This document shows, in pieces, positions 13,338 to 27,562 of a stretch of DNA of 64,000 nt; the first letter of the stretch is position 1, and every line of letters begins with the position of its first letter. Source of the stretch: Octopus vulgaris. Lineage: Eukaryota. The notes beneath the pieces are model-generated. The model ran no database searches and was not told the DNA's origin. It worked only from the letters and a program-made list of their open reading frames with translations. The DNA lies in the NCBI GenBank assembly GCA_951406725.2, contig OX597816.1, positions 109,864,001 to 109,928,000 of the forward strand, given 5' to 3'. Made by a program: the position numbers and the translations under genes.

Positions 13338-15277
13338 TATAAGCATATAATTACTCATGCACATAGTATATATTGACATTGCTTAAGCATAAAACATATA
13401 GAACTGTACTTATACTCAACTCTAACCTGTCTTATAATTATCTTTATTTTCGTGTATTAGCATTCCTTTTGCTCTCTGTCTCTTTCTTTTGAGTTGTTTC
13501 TTTGAAGAACGGCAGAAAATAACTATATGCATCATGCAACTGATCCGCCTACATTTATTTTTACAGCTGTCATTATCATAAGGAGATTGTGGTTTTTGAA
13601 CCATGCAAATAAACCTGAGTTTATCCTATATACAGAAGTAATTATTCAACAGAATCCAACTATCTGCTACCCTGCAGCTAATAGAAAGGTGTGACATTTG
13701 ATGTAGTTACCCTAATTATCTTGACTCGTCATATAATCATTATTTTTGCATGAGCTTTCAATTTTTCTCAGTATTAAATACAAACCAAAGCGACTCCGGT
13801 TCTTCTTGAGCAATGAATATAGAACCTAATGAAGCAGATGGGCTATGTCGTTAGATATCTGGAAACGAACTCAAGATTTATCAAATATGCACACACATTA
13901 ACGTAAGTAAACATATTTGCAAAGGAAACTATATAGCTAATACAAATTCAATCCTAGGCACTTAATCATCATAGCATTTTGTATACATCTCGTAATGTTG
14001 AAAGCCAGAAATGTACGATTCGATGAAACATAACCTAACCCGCCTGCTATTTGCTACGCGGATGATGTTTATTCGTTGTTTTTCTATATCAGTAGAGAAC
14101 AAATGTGTTTAAGCATACCGTTAATAGTGGGAATGTGCTACTGATGACGCTCAAAGAAGTAGAAAGCTGCATCATTTTTCGCAATTTTGCCAGTGCTGCG
14201 GGATGCTATTTTTCTGTTTTCTAATTTTATGTTTAAACTATAATGTGCACAACTTCGCGTATAGGGTACCAGTTGATTCAAGATGCTTTCTCGATACGAA
14301 TACCTCTGTTTTATGGCTTTCTATTGTATATCTACGTTACGTAAGGTATATAAAAAGCCATTTTCTAATACTGTTTCCGTCGTTAATATTTAATCAAAAT
14401 ATTAATATGCCTACATTCAACGAAAGATAAAAGCCAAAGTTGGAGGCATTTGGCATCGCGATGTTGACACGGAACGAAATGTCATTACGCATTTTAAACA
14501 ACATTATAACTGTTTCTGCTTCTACTGTGACGTCAATAACTTTACAATAGGCAATACTGAAAAATTATATCAATATATCATAATAAGTAAATTTCAGAGG
14601 AAATTTACAGACGGTAACGCGACGCGTCATTGACCATCAAAGTTTTTGTAAAAGATAGGCTTTATAAATAAAACATATAACATGGCTAATATGATTACTA
14701 TGCGTATTATGACTAATATGAAAAGTAATCTAATAACTGCATTACATCATTAATGCAAAATAGATGACATACTATGATTTTATCCCAATCACAGTGCCGC
14801 AGTTATTACTACGTATTCCTTGGTGCTGCAACCTAAAGGGAAATACATGATCTCTGATGTTCATGCCTTCCCCAAGTGTATGCAGTGTGTAGGTTAAGGG
14901 AAATCTGATAAAGGAAAACCAAGAATTTAGAAACGTTACTCAATGGCTACAAACTGGCTCTCAACAAGCACATGACTCTGAGAAAATTTTATACACAAAT
15001 TTGTGTAATCACTTCGAAAGATAAAGCACAATAGTCGTAAACTAAGCAATAAATTTATGTTCTAAAGTTTACATTAAGAAAAGGTTAAGGATGTTTACTT
15101 TCATAAGATGATTTTATTCTAGATCAATGACACTAAAACATCTGAAAATAACTATAAGTATCAGAATGTATCATGATATGAAAATTAGAACTGGCGAAGA
15201 TCACAATAATTTGAAAGGATTGGACATATACTGTATACTATGTGGGAAAGGGATAGTGTTTTTCCATTTAGTTTAAG

Positions 15278-15453
15278 ATGGTGAGCTGACAGAATTGTTA
15301 GTGCTCCGGGCAAAATGCTTAGCGGCATTTTGTCCATCTTTACGTTCTAAATTCAAATTCCGTCGAGATCAACATCGCCGTCCTTCATTTTGTAGTAAAT
15401 AAAATAAGTATCAGCTGAGCACTGAGTTAGAAATGGTCAACATTTCCGAAACC
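15278..15453 (+). mobile_element. tRNA-derived SINE, diverged copy (family A)
   Basis: TGGTGAGCTGACAGAATTGTTAGTGCTCCGGGCAAAATGCTTAGCGGCATTT...TACGTTCTAAATTCAAATTCCGTCGAG aligns with the 45089 copy. Confidence 0.8.
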
Positions 15454-15974
15454 AAGATTCATTTTAGAATCTTCAGCTAACTTTTGCCAACGCAATTTTT
15501 CATTAGCAATGTATCATTACTTAACAAGCATTTTATATGCTACTTTTTCAAGAAACCTTACTCAGTAACTACTCCGGCTCCGCAGAAAAAAAGAAAATCT
15601 TCTCTCTTTTGTTACTGTCAGTTTCCTTTCACATTTATTCTGTCAATTCTTTCTTTGTGTTGATACATTCTTCTATTTATTTAAATTTATATATTTTGGT
15701 TTTTCTTACTATTTCTTTAAAATAGGTAGCGCTTTTAAATCATTCTATAATTTCGCGTAGTACTTTCCTTACAATGCAACCACTTTCTTGGTTTCGGTCA
15801 ATGTTTTTTATAACAACAAGATAAATTTCAAGATGATGATGACAATGATGACGCTAAGGCAAAGGTCAGTGGGAAGTGGAATTGTAGAGTTAATGTTCGC
15901 TTGATAACTATAATTCACAACCCAAAGCTCACAATTTATAGAATAATAACTTAACATTAGCAAAATATATAAGC

Positions 15975-16101
<127 letters not shown>

Positions 16102-17139
16102 GTAGCTGCCGTTGTTGCCGAAAAGAGACACAGAAAACTTAATGTACTTTTGCAATGGTCATGCTTGAATCGCATTTGAACTGGTTTGGTGCTAGTTAAT
16201 GTAAAAAGGATACAAGAACAATAAGAACATCATATCAGTCTGGAAATTTGATCTCATAGAATTAAACACTTAAAAACGAAACATTCTTATTCTTCCCCTA
16301 ACATATCTATAACGATTTGTGTGGGATCAGCTTATTCCAACAAATGGAGTAGAGTTGTACTATGAGAATGTAAGTCTAAACCTCCGGTCAGAACTATTTA
16401 TCAGTGATTGAGAGCCGTATAAATTTTGCACCGACTTATCACCTTCACACGTTATGAAGCTTTCTCGACTCTTTGAACTGTTTCATTAATTTGTCGCAAA
16501 ATAGACCATCAGCAGTTTTTCTTGTATCCTACTAGTTCCCTGTATATTAAGTTTCCAGCTTCTCTTTTCGTTACCTTTCATAAATATTCATTCGTGAACA
16601 ACAAAAGTTTCAGTAGAGATTTTAACTTATTGACAAGCTTTAACGTAGTGATGATAAGGTTCATTATATTTTTGGGGAGCATTAATAAATTTATTTAGAG
16701 CTTTTGCTTTAAACAAAATACTCCATGTATATTTCAGTTGAGATAAATTTTCAGCAGGTTCCAAAGGATTGATCCAAATGCTGTACAAGATGGATATTTA
16801 TAAGGTCATTGTATCTTACTCAGCATAGAAGTGATATTACTGCAGAACTGAGAAGCTTCTCTTTGAAGCTACATGTTTCAGGTTACGGAAATACCCCAAA
16901 ATAGTGCTCTATTATATCCTGCAGCAGCAACTTATGTATCACTATTTTTTCTCGTTTTCTACAGGCAGCCACTTCTGACTACACTATTAACAAGAGTACG
17001 TATATTTGTCTACGGACATTAATACTCCTTGCATTAGCGTAGGCGTGGTTGATTATTTTTAGATACCTGTACACCTAACGCAATACTTAGAGGTAAAACA
17101 CATGACATTGACTTTGACAAAGCTGGATCTATGGATGAA

Positions 17140-17300
17140 AGCATTTCCCCCCAAATCTCGATCTACTTAATTTCTCTGGCAAGATTTTGAACCGATACGT
17201 GAATAGAACAAATAACATTAGCCCAAGATGACCTCGGTGAAATCGAACCGGAATCTGAGAATTGCGAAGCGAGTTAGCGAAGCATTCAGCCATGGTCGCT
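17140..17300 (-). mobile_element. Highly diverged tRNA-derived SINE (second family)
   Basis: Minus strand GCGACCATGGCTGAATGC (A-box-like) ... CCGGTTCGATTTCACCG (B-box) followed by CATCTTGGGCTAATG. Confidence 0.5.
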
Positions 17301-18688
17301 TTATATGGTGCACTTATGTATGGTATAGTAGTGCTATTTATAACATATAAGATGGTTTCTAAACCTCGGTGCAATATTTTACAAATTGATTTTTTAGTCA
17401 CCAGTCTGTAATAACAATTTTACGTCGCCATAGTGACATATATATATTGAAAAGTTATCTTAATATTTCCAAGAATCTACTTGCTCGTATGTTGTGTAAT
17501 CTCATCGTTTCTAGTTGTTTTACACTTTCAAAGTGGTCATATGGTCTGGAATTGCAAGGCAAGATACTAACACACCACGACTAATCAGATAAAACCATAA
17601 GCTACTTTAATAAAATGCACCGGACTACAAAGGAGGTGATTACCAGCCAATTGATAAAAAAGTTCTTTGGTATTTTGAAAGAATATTTTTGAATCTATAT
17701 AAAAATATAAAAAAACACCGTTAATCATTTCAAAGCAAGACAAATAAGCAATATCAAATTGCAATAGAACATATCGTGTAATACATATTTTTGCTTGTTA
17801 TGCTCAAAGCCGTATAAATGGATCTATTTATCTATGAATATAAAATATCCCACCCTTTAAGCATTTACATGTTGATAGAGAAACCACACATACACATATC
17901 CATCTATATATTTAAATGTATGTATATGTATTTGTATATATATATATGTATGTGTGTGTGTGCGTGTGTGTATGCATATATACCCTTATATATATATGCA
18001 TATGTAAACATATGCATGCATATATACATGTATATGCACACACATATATACATACATGCATATAGAGATATTTATTACAACGACAGACATTTTACCAGAC
18101 ACGCATACGCACGCAAACACACACACACACTCAACCACACATGCGTGTGTATATTTAAAATAGGACCGTTTGAAGATTCAGTGACAGATTGTTATATCAT
18201 TTTGCTATGTGATGTATGTTATCAAAGCATATATATAGACCCTAAGCAATTTCATCCTTTAACTAGCAGACTGTCGAGGATCAACTAGTTAGTAGCAAGG
18301 AACTGCTCATCTGGTGCTTTGCATTGCATGCTATTTTTCACCGTAGCAAACTGGGACAGCGAGAAATCAATTGCTTCGAACCCCAGGTGTTCATTACTGA
18401 GACCCTTGGGTTGTGGAGGATAAATCTGAGTTATTAACTCTGAGATCTTGATTTCAATTTGTTCGGGCGTGTTACTTGCACGCAGAAGACTTACTTTTAC
18501 AGCCCTACCTCAATTTGTTACCATGCAAGAACGATGATAGCACCCTATCTAATAGATATCTATCTGATACTAAATAGTATGAAATTTAGAGATCAGCGTT
18601 ATACTTCTCACATATTTGACTCACACTTTATCTCGGGCTGCAACAAAAACAAAAATAAAATTAAAATCTCCCGTCCTTGTGCAAGTGA

Positions 18689-18794
18689 TTTTGGTACAAG
18701 GCCAATACATGTGGAGAGAAGTCAATTAAATCGACCCCTGTGTTCAACTGGTAATTATTAATTCATAACCAAAGGTATGAAAGGGAACTCGACC
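18689..18794 (-). mobile_element. SINE family A 3' half, inverted relative to the neighbouring copy
   Basis: Reverse complement aligns without gaps to 18988-19093 at 94/106 positions. Confidence 0.85.
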
Positions 18795-18899
18795 AAATTT
18801 TATCATTGCTTTGCTTTTGTTGTCTTTGTGCATTTTTGTTTTGTATAAATATACGATATATTGATACATTTATTTGATTTTCAATATAACAATAAACTA

Positions 18900-19102
18900 G
18901 GGCGGCAAGATGGAAGAACCGTTAGCACGCCGAGCAAAATACTTAGCCACATGTCCATAATTATGTTCTGGGTTCAAATTCAACTGGGGTCGAGTTCCCT
19001 TTCATCCTTTTGGTGATTGATTAATAAGTATCAGTTGAACACTGGAGTCGATTTAATTGACTCCTCTCCACATGTGTTGGCCTTGTGCCAAAATTTGAAA
19101 CC
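18900..19102 (+). mobile_element. tRNA-derived SINE (family A), full length
   Basis: GGGCGGCAAGATGGAAGAACCGTTAGCACGCCG...GGGTTCAAATTC (B-box)...GGCCTTGTGCCAAAATTTGAAACC. Confidence 0.85.
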
Positions 19103-20351
19103 AATAAAATAAACAAGAATGTATATTAAGTCACTTTCGGCGAATAATATGTTTATTACCCCCCAAAAATACAAAAAAAAAACCCCATTTACTAGTGTGC
19201 GTCAAGTACCCCCAATCAAACATACCTATTGTAAGATAAATCGTCCATCCTCTACGTGCGATCCTTAAATCATTAACTCAAAATAATTGAACATAAAATG
19301 TTAGAAGACCGATAAAAGTGACACTTTAGAAATGTACTGAGATTTTGTAATAAATTGTTTAATATTCAGCCGTTGATTTAGCTCAAAACTCATTTTCTGT
19401 TTTAAACTATGACATTCTTATTCGAATTACGACAAATTTTAAAATGTTGGCATAAAACGTGAGATATGGCTGTTATCTCGTGAAACACCAACCAAGAACT
19501 GATCCCATTTAGCAAGAGTGTTTTCATTTTATGCCTTTCAATCCACATTGTTAACTAATTTTGGAGAAATGTACTTGTATCCATAGAAAGAAATGTGTGC
19601 AAAGTTTTGTGCGACTTTGAGTAAAGAAGTCTCTTTTAACGAAATGATTTTTCATAATAATGTATACGTACTTGTTTTGATATCAATGTTTTAAAACATT
19701 CATAGGCTTGTAGCAAATATATTCATGCTATTGAATGTGTGCGTGTGTGTCGAGTACGGGTATACCAATGCATAAATATATCGTTTTGGGTGTGTGTGTG
19801 AAAGACTGTATACTTCTGTATGTGAATGCAGGTACATATATAAATGTTTTGAAATTCATAGTTCATCTTTATTTTATCAATGTCTGTTAATGAATGTTAT
19901 TAAAATATGTGCAACTATATACACATAGATATAAACGTATGCTTCTTTATGTTTCTGCATGTAACAATAAGCGTTTGTATGCGTGTGTTAGTTTGTGTGT
20001 GCGTGCGTGTGTATCTGTTTGTGTATTTATTTGTGTGTGTCAGTGTGAGTGTGTGGATACGTGTGTGTGTGTGTGCGGGCGCACGCGTATTTGCGTGTTT
20101 GTGTCAAGACGTGTCACGTCACGAGAGAATCAATAGCAGGAGTGTAATTCGTACACTTGCAACTAAGTGAATATATATTTCTATATTTATGCGGAGAATT
20201 TATATACAAAGATCGTAAAGATTAAATAATATATCTTAAGAGGAAATTACTTGAACCTCATCTGCCACACCTTCACATCTCCTATCAACAATGCATGACA
20301 AAAATCAATAATACAAAAAAGTTATTTCATCTCTAAAATATGTAGTTATGC

Positions 20352-20636
<285 letters not shown>

Positions 20637-22509
20637 CACACTCAAGCATAGACACACACTAGCACATATATATTTATATTTATATGTACGTATATACAGA
20701 GTCAGTTCGAATCAATAATTTAATGGAACTGTTGCAAATTGTCAATGATTATGGTTTTATAAATGTTTATTGCAGTAAATAACTGAACATATCTTATATT
20801 TGTCGTTTCTCTTTAAATCTCTCCATCACACGTTCATAGCCTCATTATCACAATTGTTTTTTCTAGATGTATCTCTTTGTATCTGTATATCTGTATTTGT
20901 ATCTGAGTATTTTGTCTATCTGTATGTAAGAGTGCGTATTCCGGTTTTTGTGTGTTGTAGGATGATAATCCATAAGATTCGTTGTATATTTGGTTATGTG
21001 TGTGTATGGAGGAGAATATCTTTATGTCTAGACCGATCTTCTGATAATTCTTTTCCTACTTATCTGATTAAATCTACAAGCCAAGCTATTTATCCATCCG
21101 TTTCTCGTTAACAGCACCAACAAATACAGACGTTCACAACATTAAGAGACATGCATACACACAAGCATAACATTACACACACACACACACACATATATAT
21201 ATTTTCTAATATTTTACAGTTCTAAGTTTCTAATCTTTTACAGTTCTAAGTCAGTGGCATGTAGTCATACAGAGACACTAAACTGTAGAATTCCAATATA
21301 TGTCGACTGCTACGCTTTTTCTTATTTGTGAATTAGACTGCTCTATAAGTTGCCCTCACATCTCGGTATAACATTGATGAATAAACTAATGCTGTACACA
21401 GTTCACTGTCTAAGTTGTATTTGAATACACTAACACTTGCTATCATAGAACTCAATTATATTTAAACAACATCCCGAGCTATAACAATAACTATTCTGAA
21501 TTTTGTGGGGGATTGTCAGCATTTGTCAACACGGAGTAGTTTTCATTTCCGTAGTATGCATCGTGTAACTTTGGAGTCTCTCACACCGTGTTATTTTATC
21601 TATGAACTAAATGCAATTTACAATAAAAATGTGCAGCTTTTTTTAATGAAAATAGCAGCTTCTACACAACAAAAACTTTGAATACCGTTCGCCTGTTTTA
21701 GCGTCTCTGACTTTGTTTCTTGTTTTACTCTTCTTTCTCTAGCGTGACCGACGAGCATTTTATTATATGTAAGATATGTAATTGTACACTATACTGTACA
21801 ATTATATACACTCAAACGTACATTTTCCCGTACACATGTTTTGTTCTGATGAAAAATGCCCACTTCCCTAGAGCAAAACCTTTCAATACTGTTCTTTTCT
21901 TTTAGCGTCTCTGACTGTCACTATCTCCTCTGTTGTTTTCTCGTCTTTCCCTAGCGTGGCCGACATAAATTTCGGTTCTTCACTCACAAGCAATAGAGAT
22001 GTAAAAATTGTTACTCTACCCAGTCGCAAAACTGTGGCACAGAGTCCAACCAGCTTCGTTCTGTAGAATCTGTAGATTGCTTTCCGTTTGGTAGTGTGGT
22101 TTGCTCTAAGGGAATACCAAAGTAAGAAATAATAATCGAGAAGATTGATAAAGAATGTTTTAATTAGAGTCAAGTTTACTTGCTATAAATATTTTAAAGA
22201 TTCATGCAGGACGTATTCGTTATTAAAATAATATGCACACGTAGCGATGCAACATTATAATTCGGAGCCATCTTACAGGTTCAGAATCAGCCGTTTTAAT
22301 CTATCAAGGAGTTGTGTATTTGAATTACGGCTTGTCAGATAATTGGTAGTGAGTTGCACAAACATGTATATGAAAGCACAAATACATCCATACACATATA
22401 TATGTGCCTACATAATACATACACACACATAAACATGTACCTAAATGATACAAACACATACACACACACACACACACATATATATATAATATGAATATTT
22501 TCTCACACC

Positions 22510-22557
22510 GTCTCTGATGAAGGGATATCCATAATATCCAAGAAACAGCTGTAGGAC
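22510..22557 (+). ncRNA. Minimal type-I hammerhead ribozyme motif, intact core
   Basis: GUCU-CUGAUGA-AG-GGAUAU-ccaua-AUAUCC-AA-GAAAC-AGCU-GUA-GGAC. Stem I GUCU/GGAC, 6-bp stem II, palindromic ACAGCUGU stem III, GUA cleavage triplet; inside a ~130-bp unit (22490-22620) bounded by TA tracts. Confidence 0.8.
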
Positions 22558-22775
22558 TATTTCATTATTAATGTCCTAAAAACTCCTCACAGCCTTAGAT
22601 TTGTTATCGGAATCTGTCTTTATATATATATATATATATATTGATTTGAAAACCCCACTAGAATGGAAGAAAGCGCTAATGATCTAAGTGATATGATATA
22701 TATATATATAAATGTAATATATAAATAAATATCTGTAAATATAAACCATCCGATCTTCTGATTCCCTCATTTCTT

Positions 22776-22872
<97 letters not shown>

Positions 22873-22919
22873 GTGCATACGCACACACACACACACGCTC
22901 ACACACATATATATATACA

Positions 22920-23572
22920 TACATAATTAAGGTTAAAATCATAATAAAGATTCTATTAAGTAGTCAGCATGAAATAAAAACCATATTGGTAACAATTAAT
23001 ACTAATATATACTAAAGTTATAATTATAACATTGTTGCTGATAATCGACATCAACATGCTAGAGATAGATGCTAAATGGACTCTATTATCACAGGGTGAA
23101 AGGAAGAAAATGAATAGCGAAAACTTCTTTTTACAATGGGTTTCTAGTTTACAAATATAAAATCCCTCTCTCTCTTCAGTATCATATACCTAGCAGTACA
23201 TAAATGGAAATATTTTTACATACCCATATGAATAATTTATCCACACATATATATGCATATATGCACACCTATATACGAGTCAAATCTACTTTATTCACCC
23301 CAACTTCGTGCATTTACGACCAAAATAATACCACAGAAAATATAATTTGATCGGAGTAAGTAATATATATTTGTACATAATTAAGGATAAAATCATTATA
23401 AAGATTTTATCAACTGGTCATCATAAAATAAAAACCATATAGCTAACAATTAACATATATAGTTATTATAAAGTTATAGTTATTATAAAGTGCTCTGATA
23501 AACAACACCAACATGCTAGAAATAGATACCAAATTGCACTAAAACCATAACTTGTACTCTGTTAGCACAGGT
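22920..23572 (+). repeat. Two diverged direct copies (22920-23095, 23374-23572) of a repeat related to the left arm of the 2313 element
   Basis: Both start TACATAATTAAGG(T/A)TAAAATCAT and contain AAATAAAAACCATAT and CAACATGCTAGA(G/A)ATAGAT. Confidence 0.8.
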
Positions 23573-23859
23573 TGGAAGCGCGAATTTTTTAAAATTATGA
23601 ATATTTTTGTGAATATGTGTATAGGCACGAATATGAATATTTTCTTTGAGTATATTAATATATACGTGTAAATATATATTATTGGTATAGGTATGTATAG
23701 ATATTTACATATATTTACTGTGGAGCATATTATTCTATAGACGGCAAAGGGATGTTATATCTCTAAGGTAGAAGTCGATCTATAACTAACCAACTTTAAA
23801 AAAAAAACGTAAGACTTGTCACATTTCATTATAGAAAAGACACATATTCTTCTTTGATG

Positions 23860-24550
23860 TTGGTGGATATAGTGAAACATGGTCATAATCCCCATCACTA
23901 TTGCTAACAGAATTCCATCTGTTTGGAGAGTTGTTGATTCCTCAGGGGTAGAAGTTTTAGATTTCGACCAAAAACATTCTCAGTATTATTTTGTATCTCA
24001 ACGCAATATTTTTTCTTTCATATCAAAATGTTACAATAATATGAAGAGTTTCTATTCAGATGGACCGGGATCGGGAGATTAATGAGGATGGAGCAACACT
24101 TCTATGTACTAAATAAGGAAATTTCGCGTCATCTGATTTTTTTCCCTGAATGATATATGTGGTTTTGCATTATTGTGAAAGAGTAACACCACATAACTAA
24201 TGACCAGTTGTGGAGGCATTTTTTTCTATAATTTTGTATGTAATGCTTCCAATTAATAGAATAGTTCTTCGCATTAAATCTTTCGTTTTGGTTTAACACT
24301 TCAAATTAAATGACCCTCTTCATGTTACACCCAATGCATGGTGGATTAATTTTCGAATGAAATCTTGGTTTGGTTATGGCTCTTCCTTTTTTTAATTGAA
24401 TGCAAACCCTTGTCATTTTCGTTTGGTATATTTATACAGAGACCACGTTTGTGAGACATATAATGATTCTTCGCAGGAAAGTCTCACTAGCAAGTCTACT
24501 CTTCAATAACGCTTGTTTCAGCGGAGAATGACGAGAGAAGCACCGAACAA
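23860..24550 (-). mobile_element. Very decayed mariner-type transposase relic
   Basis: Minus strand gives VLLFHNNAKPHIS (HDNARPH-like) and EVLLHPH*SPDPGPSE*KLF (HPPYSPDLAPSDYHLF-like). Boundaries uncertain. Confidence 0.55.
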
Positions 24551-25629
24551 GATTAGACAGTCTTCGCTGTTTATCAAAACGTTGTTGAATTAAGTGGATG
24601 TCTAATTATAGAGCAGTTCGCTTTGGAATTTCGCCTTCTACGGTTTCAGAAGCTCAATATTGAGAGGTAGTGGCCGTTCACAGTGAGGTCAATCTGTAAG
24701 TTCAAGTTCCTGAGCAAAACCGTCAAAACCAGCGTCTTCATATCCAGACACGTAAACCTTCATTTCAAGAAGAAACAAATATACATTGCTGCTTCTATTG
24801 CTGAAGATCCCCTTTTAAATTCATACAACTGGTAATGTCTGATATGTGGAAAGTGTAAAATCGGTACCTCGTTGACCAGTATATTATAATGTAATCTGAG
24901 AAAACCAATCATTAGAATAGAAAGCATAATTTTTATTCCTCAGTAAATATTGAAAAATCTACCCTCAAACTGAACATGTCAAAAATGCAAGAGTCTTCTT
25001 TCGAGCCTAACACATACACACACACACACACACACATACACACACACTCACACTCACACGTGCGTGTGTATTTATGTACGTATGACTCACTAACCTCCCG
25101 CATTTACTGGGTGAGGATTTCCTAAATATTTCCCCACCATTATCAATTAGCATCCCAAATAAAACAATTTGCACATAAATTAGTTCAGAACATGTAAATT
25201 TGAAGAATTGCTATGAAAGGATGTCTGAAAAGTAAGGAAATCTAGGTTTTCAGAATTTAGCAGCGCTAAAAACATCAACATAGACACTGCAGAACTCAGC
25301 AATTTAAATGATACGAAATAACTATGCATGTATTTAAAAAAGTTTTCTAAGAAGTTACGATTTTAATAAATTACACACTAGGACTAACGTATCTAATAAA
25401 TTTAACATATTATATCACAGAAAATACGCCCAAACAAACCAGCTTCGTCCAAAATAAATACACAAAGCCATAAAAGATAAACTATTAAAAACACTCAATA
25501 TTTGAAAATAATAATGTCCACATAAATCACTTCATGATATTATGAAGTATTTTATCTATTTTATATCTATAGCCATTATCCTTGAAAATTCGCCCATAAA
25601 AGGAAGGCAAAGCTGTCTAAATCAGAGAG

Positions 25630-25672
<43 letters not shown>

Positions 25673-27508
25673 GGGAGGGAGAGGGAGAGAGAGAACAAAA
25701 TACTAATTTTCACTACAGACTAAATATGAGGCATCAGAAACTAAAAAACAGCAATGACATGTGAAAGCATAACATCTTCAGAGCCAGAAAAACGTCGCAA
25801 ACATGTCAAAACACCAAGGGCCTAAATGACTAAACATTTCAAATAACCAAGGGCTTAAATACTACACTCATCAGCAAATGTAGAGAAGCTGGAGTTTTGA
25901 CAAAATTGTAACAGTTCTGAAGCTCCCATGACCACTAAAACTAATCCACATAAAGAAATAACACACAGTCCATTATCATTATATGCACACAATGAAAATT
26001 TATAGAATTATAAAAAATTTGTAGATTTTATTATTCAAAATAACAAAACAACATTACACAATTACATTGAAACAAATCACTGCAAAAGATAATCGTTAAT
26101 TGCAAGATGACCCACGCCCAAAACAACTTAATAGCTATATAATGGGTTATGAACGACGTACATGAACCCGAAAATATACGAGAAAACGCAGGGAATTATA
26201 AAAGGAAAAACAGTGCACAGTTCAACATAGCAAGTCGTACACCTGACACACGTGGTCATATAAATAATGGGGAGGCAAAAAAAAATTCTTTAATGAAGGA
26301 CCACCTAGAATTCATAGTATGGAGTTCGGCTACAGCATGGAAGTTAAAACTTGCATAGAATTGCTCATACCTGCAAAACTATTTCCAAACTCCTAGTAGC
26401 CTATACGACAACAACAAGCACTATTATAACAATTTGTGTTCCTGTCTGAAGCCCGAAAGTCAAGGAAAAAATGTGAATGATTATAGAATCCACATTGAAA
26501 CTTTCACAGACTCGATTCTACTGCAATGAACGCTAGTAACGAAAAAATCAAATGAATATTAATCGCTTGCTTTGATCGATTTCACCTTGATTTTCAGTAA
26601 TCGACAACATCCACATGTCCAGAAGCAAAGAGACTGGCCATTTGAGAGAGACAAATATAAATATACTCTTTATACTGTCATGGATTGTATTTTATGCGGA
26701 ATTATTTTATAACAAGAACATGGCTTTGTATTTTGGTTCATCGTTCTATTGACCATGTGGATGCCATAGCAGCGATCAAGCAGAGATGCAGCGGGTGTGC
26801 TGTAAAGAGAATAAAAAACAGAACAGCGTAACTCTGTAAATCTAATTTGATTATACACGCCATATATCTATCCGCTCAACCAAATTTATATAATTTGGGT
26901 GGGTTTCACCTCATTCTCAATATATGGATCATTCACAATAGAATCAGTTAACTACTTTAATGGGATAATGCTGCTTTATTGTTTTTTAAACTGTGGATAA
27001 GAACGGTGTGGTTGATATTTTCAAAGAAAATAAAAAACTTGAAAATTCTGAAATCTGAAGACTCAAGATCCATAGATGCTTGTTTTAGAAGAAAAAACAT
27101 GTTGAAAAGTATTGAGCAAACTATTATACAGAATTCAAGTGCTTCTGAATAGAATCGGCAATTATATAATGTATGTTTGCAGCATTAAAAGACCTTGTAG
27201 TTATTTATGACGTGCTTTATTTCTAAATTTCTTTCTATACACATACACACACACATACACGCGCACACACACATACACACATACTCGCGCACATCCGCAT
27301 ACGCACATACACGGGGACACACACACACGTGCACATACAAATACGCGAGTGTGCAAATGTGTACATACATAATGCACGTATGTATGTATATATATATATG
27401 TATATATATTTATTTATATATATATATATATATATAAATATACATGTATATATATAAATGTATGGATATTTATCTATATATATGTGTGTGTGTGTGTATG
27501 CATGTATA

Positions 27509-27562
<54 letters not shown>

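Noticed and set aside
14135-14175. CTGATGA...GAAAGC hammerhead-like spacing
   Set aside because: No convincing stem II and the would-be cleavage triplet ends in G.
21203-21295. Short tandem duplication followed by CAGTG...CACT-AAACTGTAGAATT, vaguely like the 22510 ribozyme
   Set aside because: Both core boxes are missing; too degenerate to call.
21696-21964. Short imperfect direct repeats (also 5082-5142 and 25814-25865) as a possible CRISPR-like array
   Set aside because: Only two units each, no regular spacers, eukaryotic context and no cas genes; ordinary local duplications.
26870-27170. Possible mariner 3' relic (GWVSPHSQY)
   Set aside because: Only one weak motif; insufficient support.
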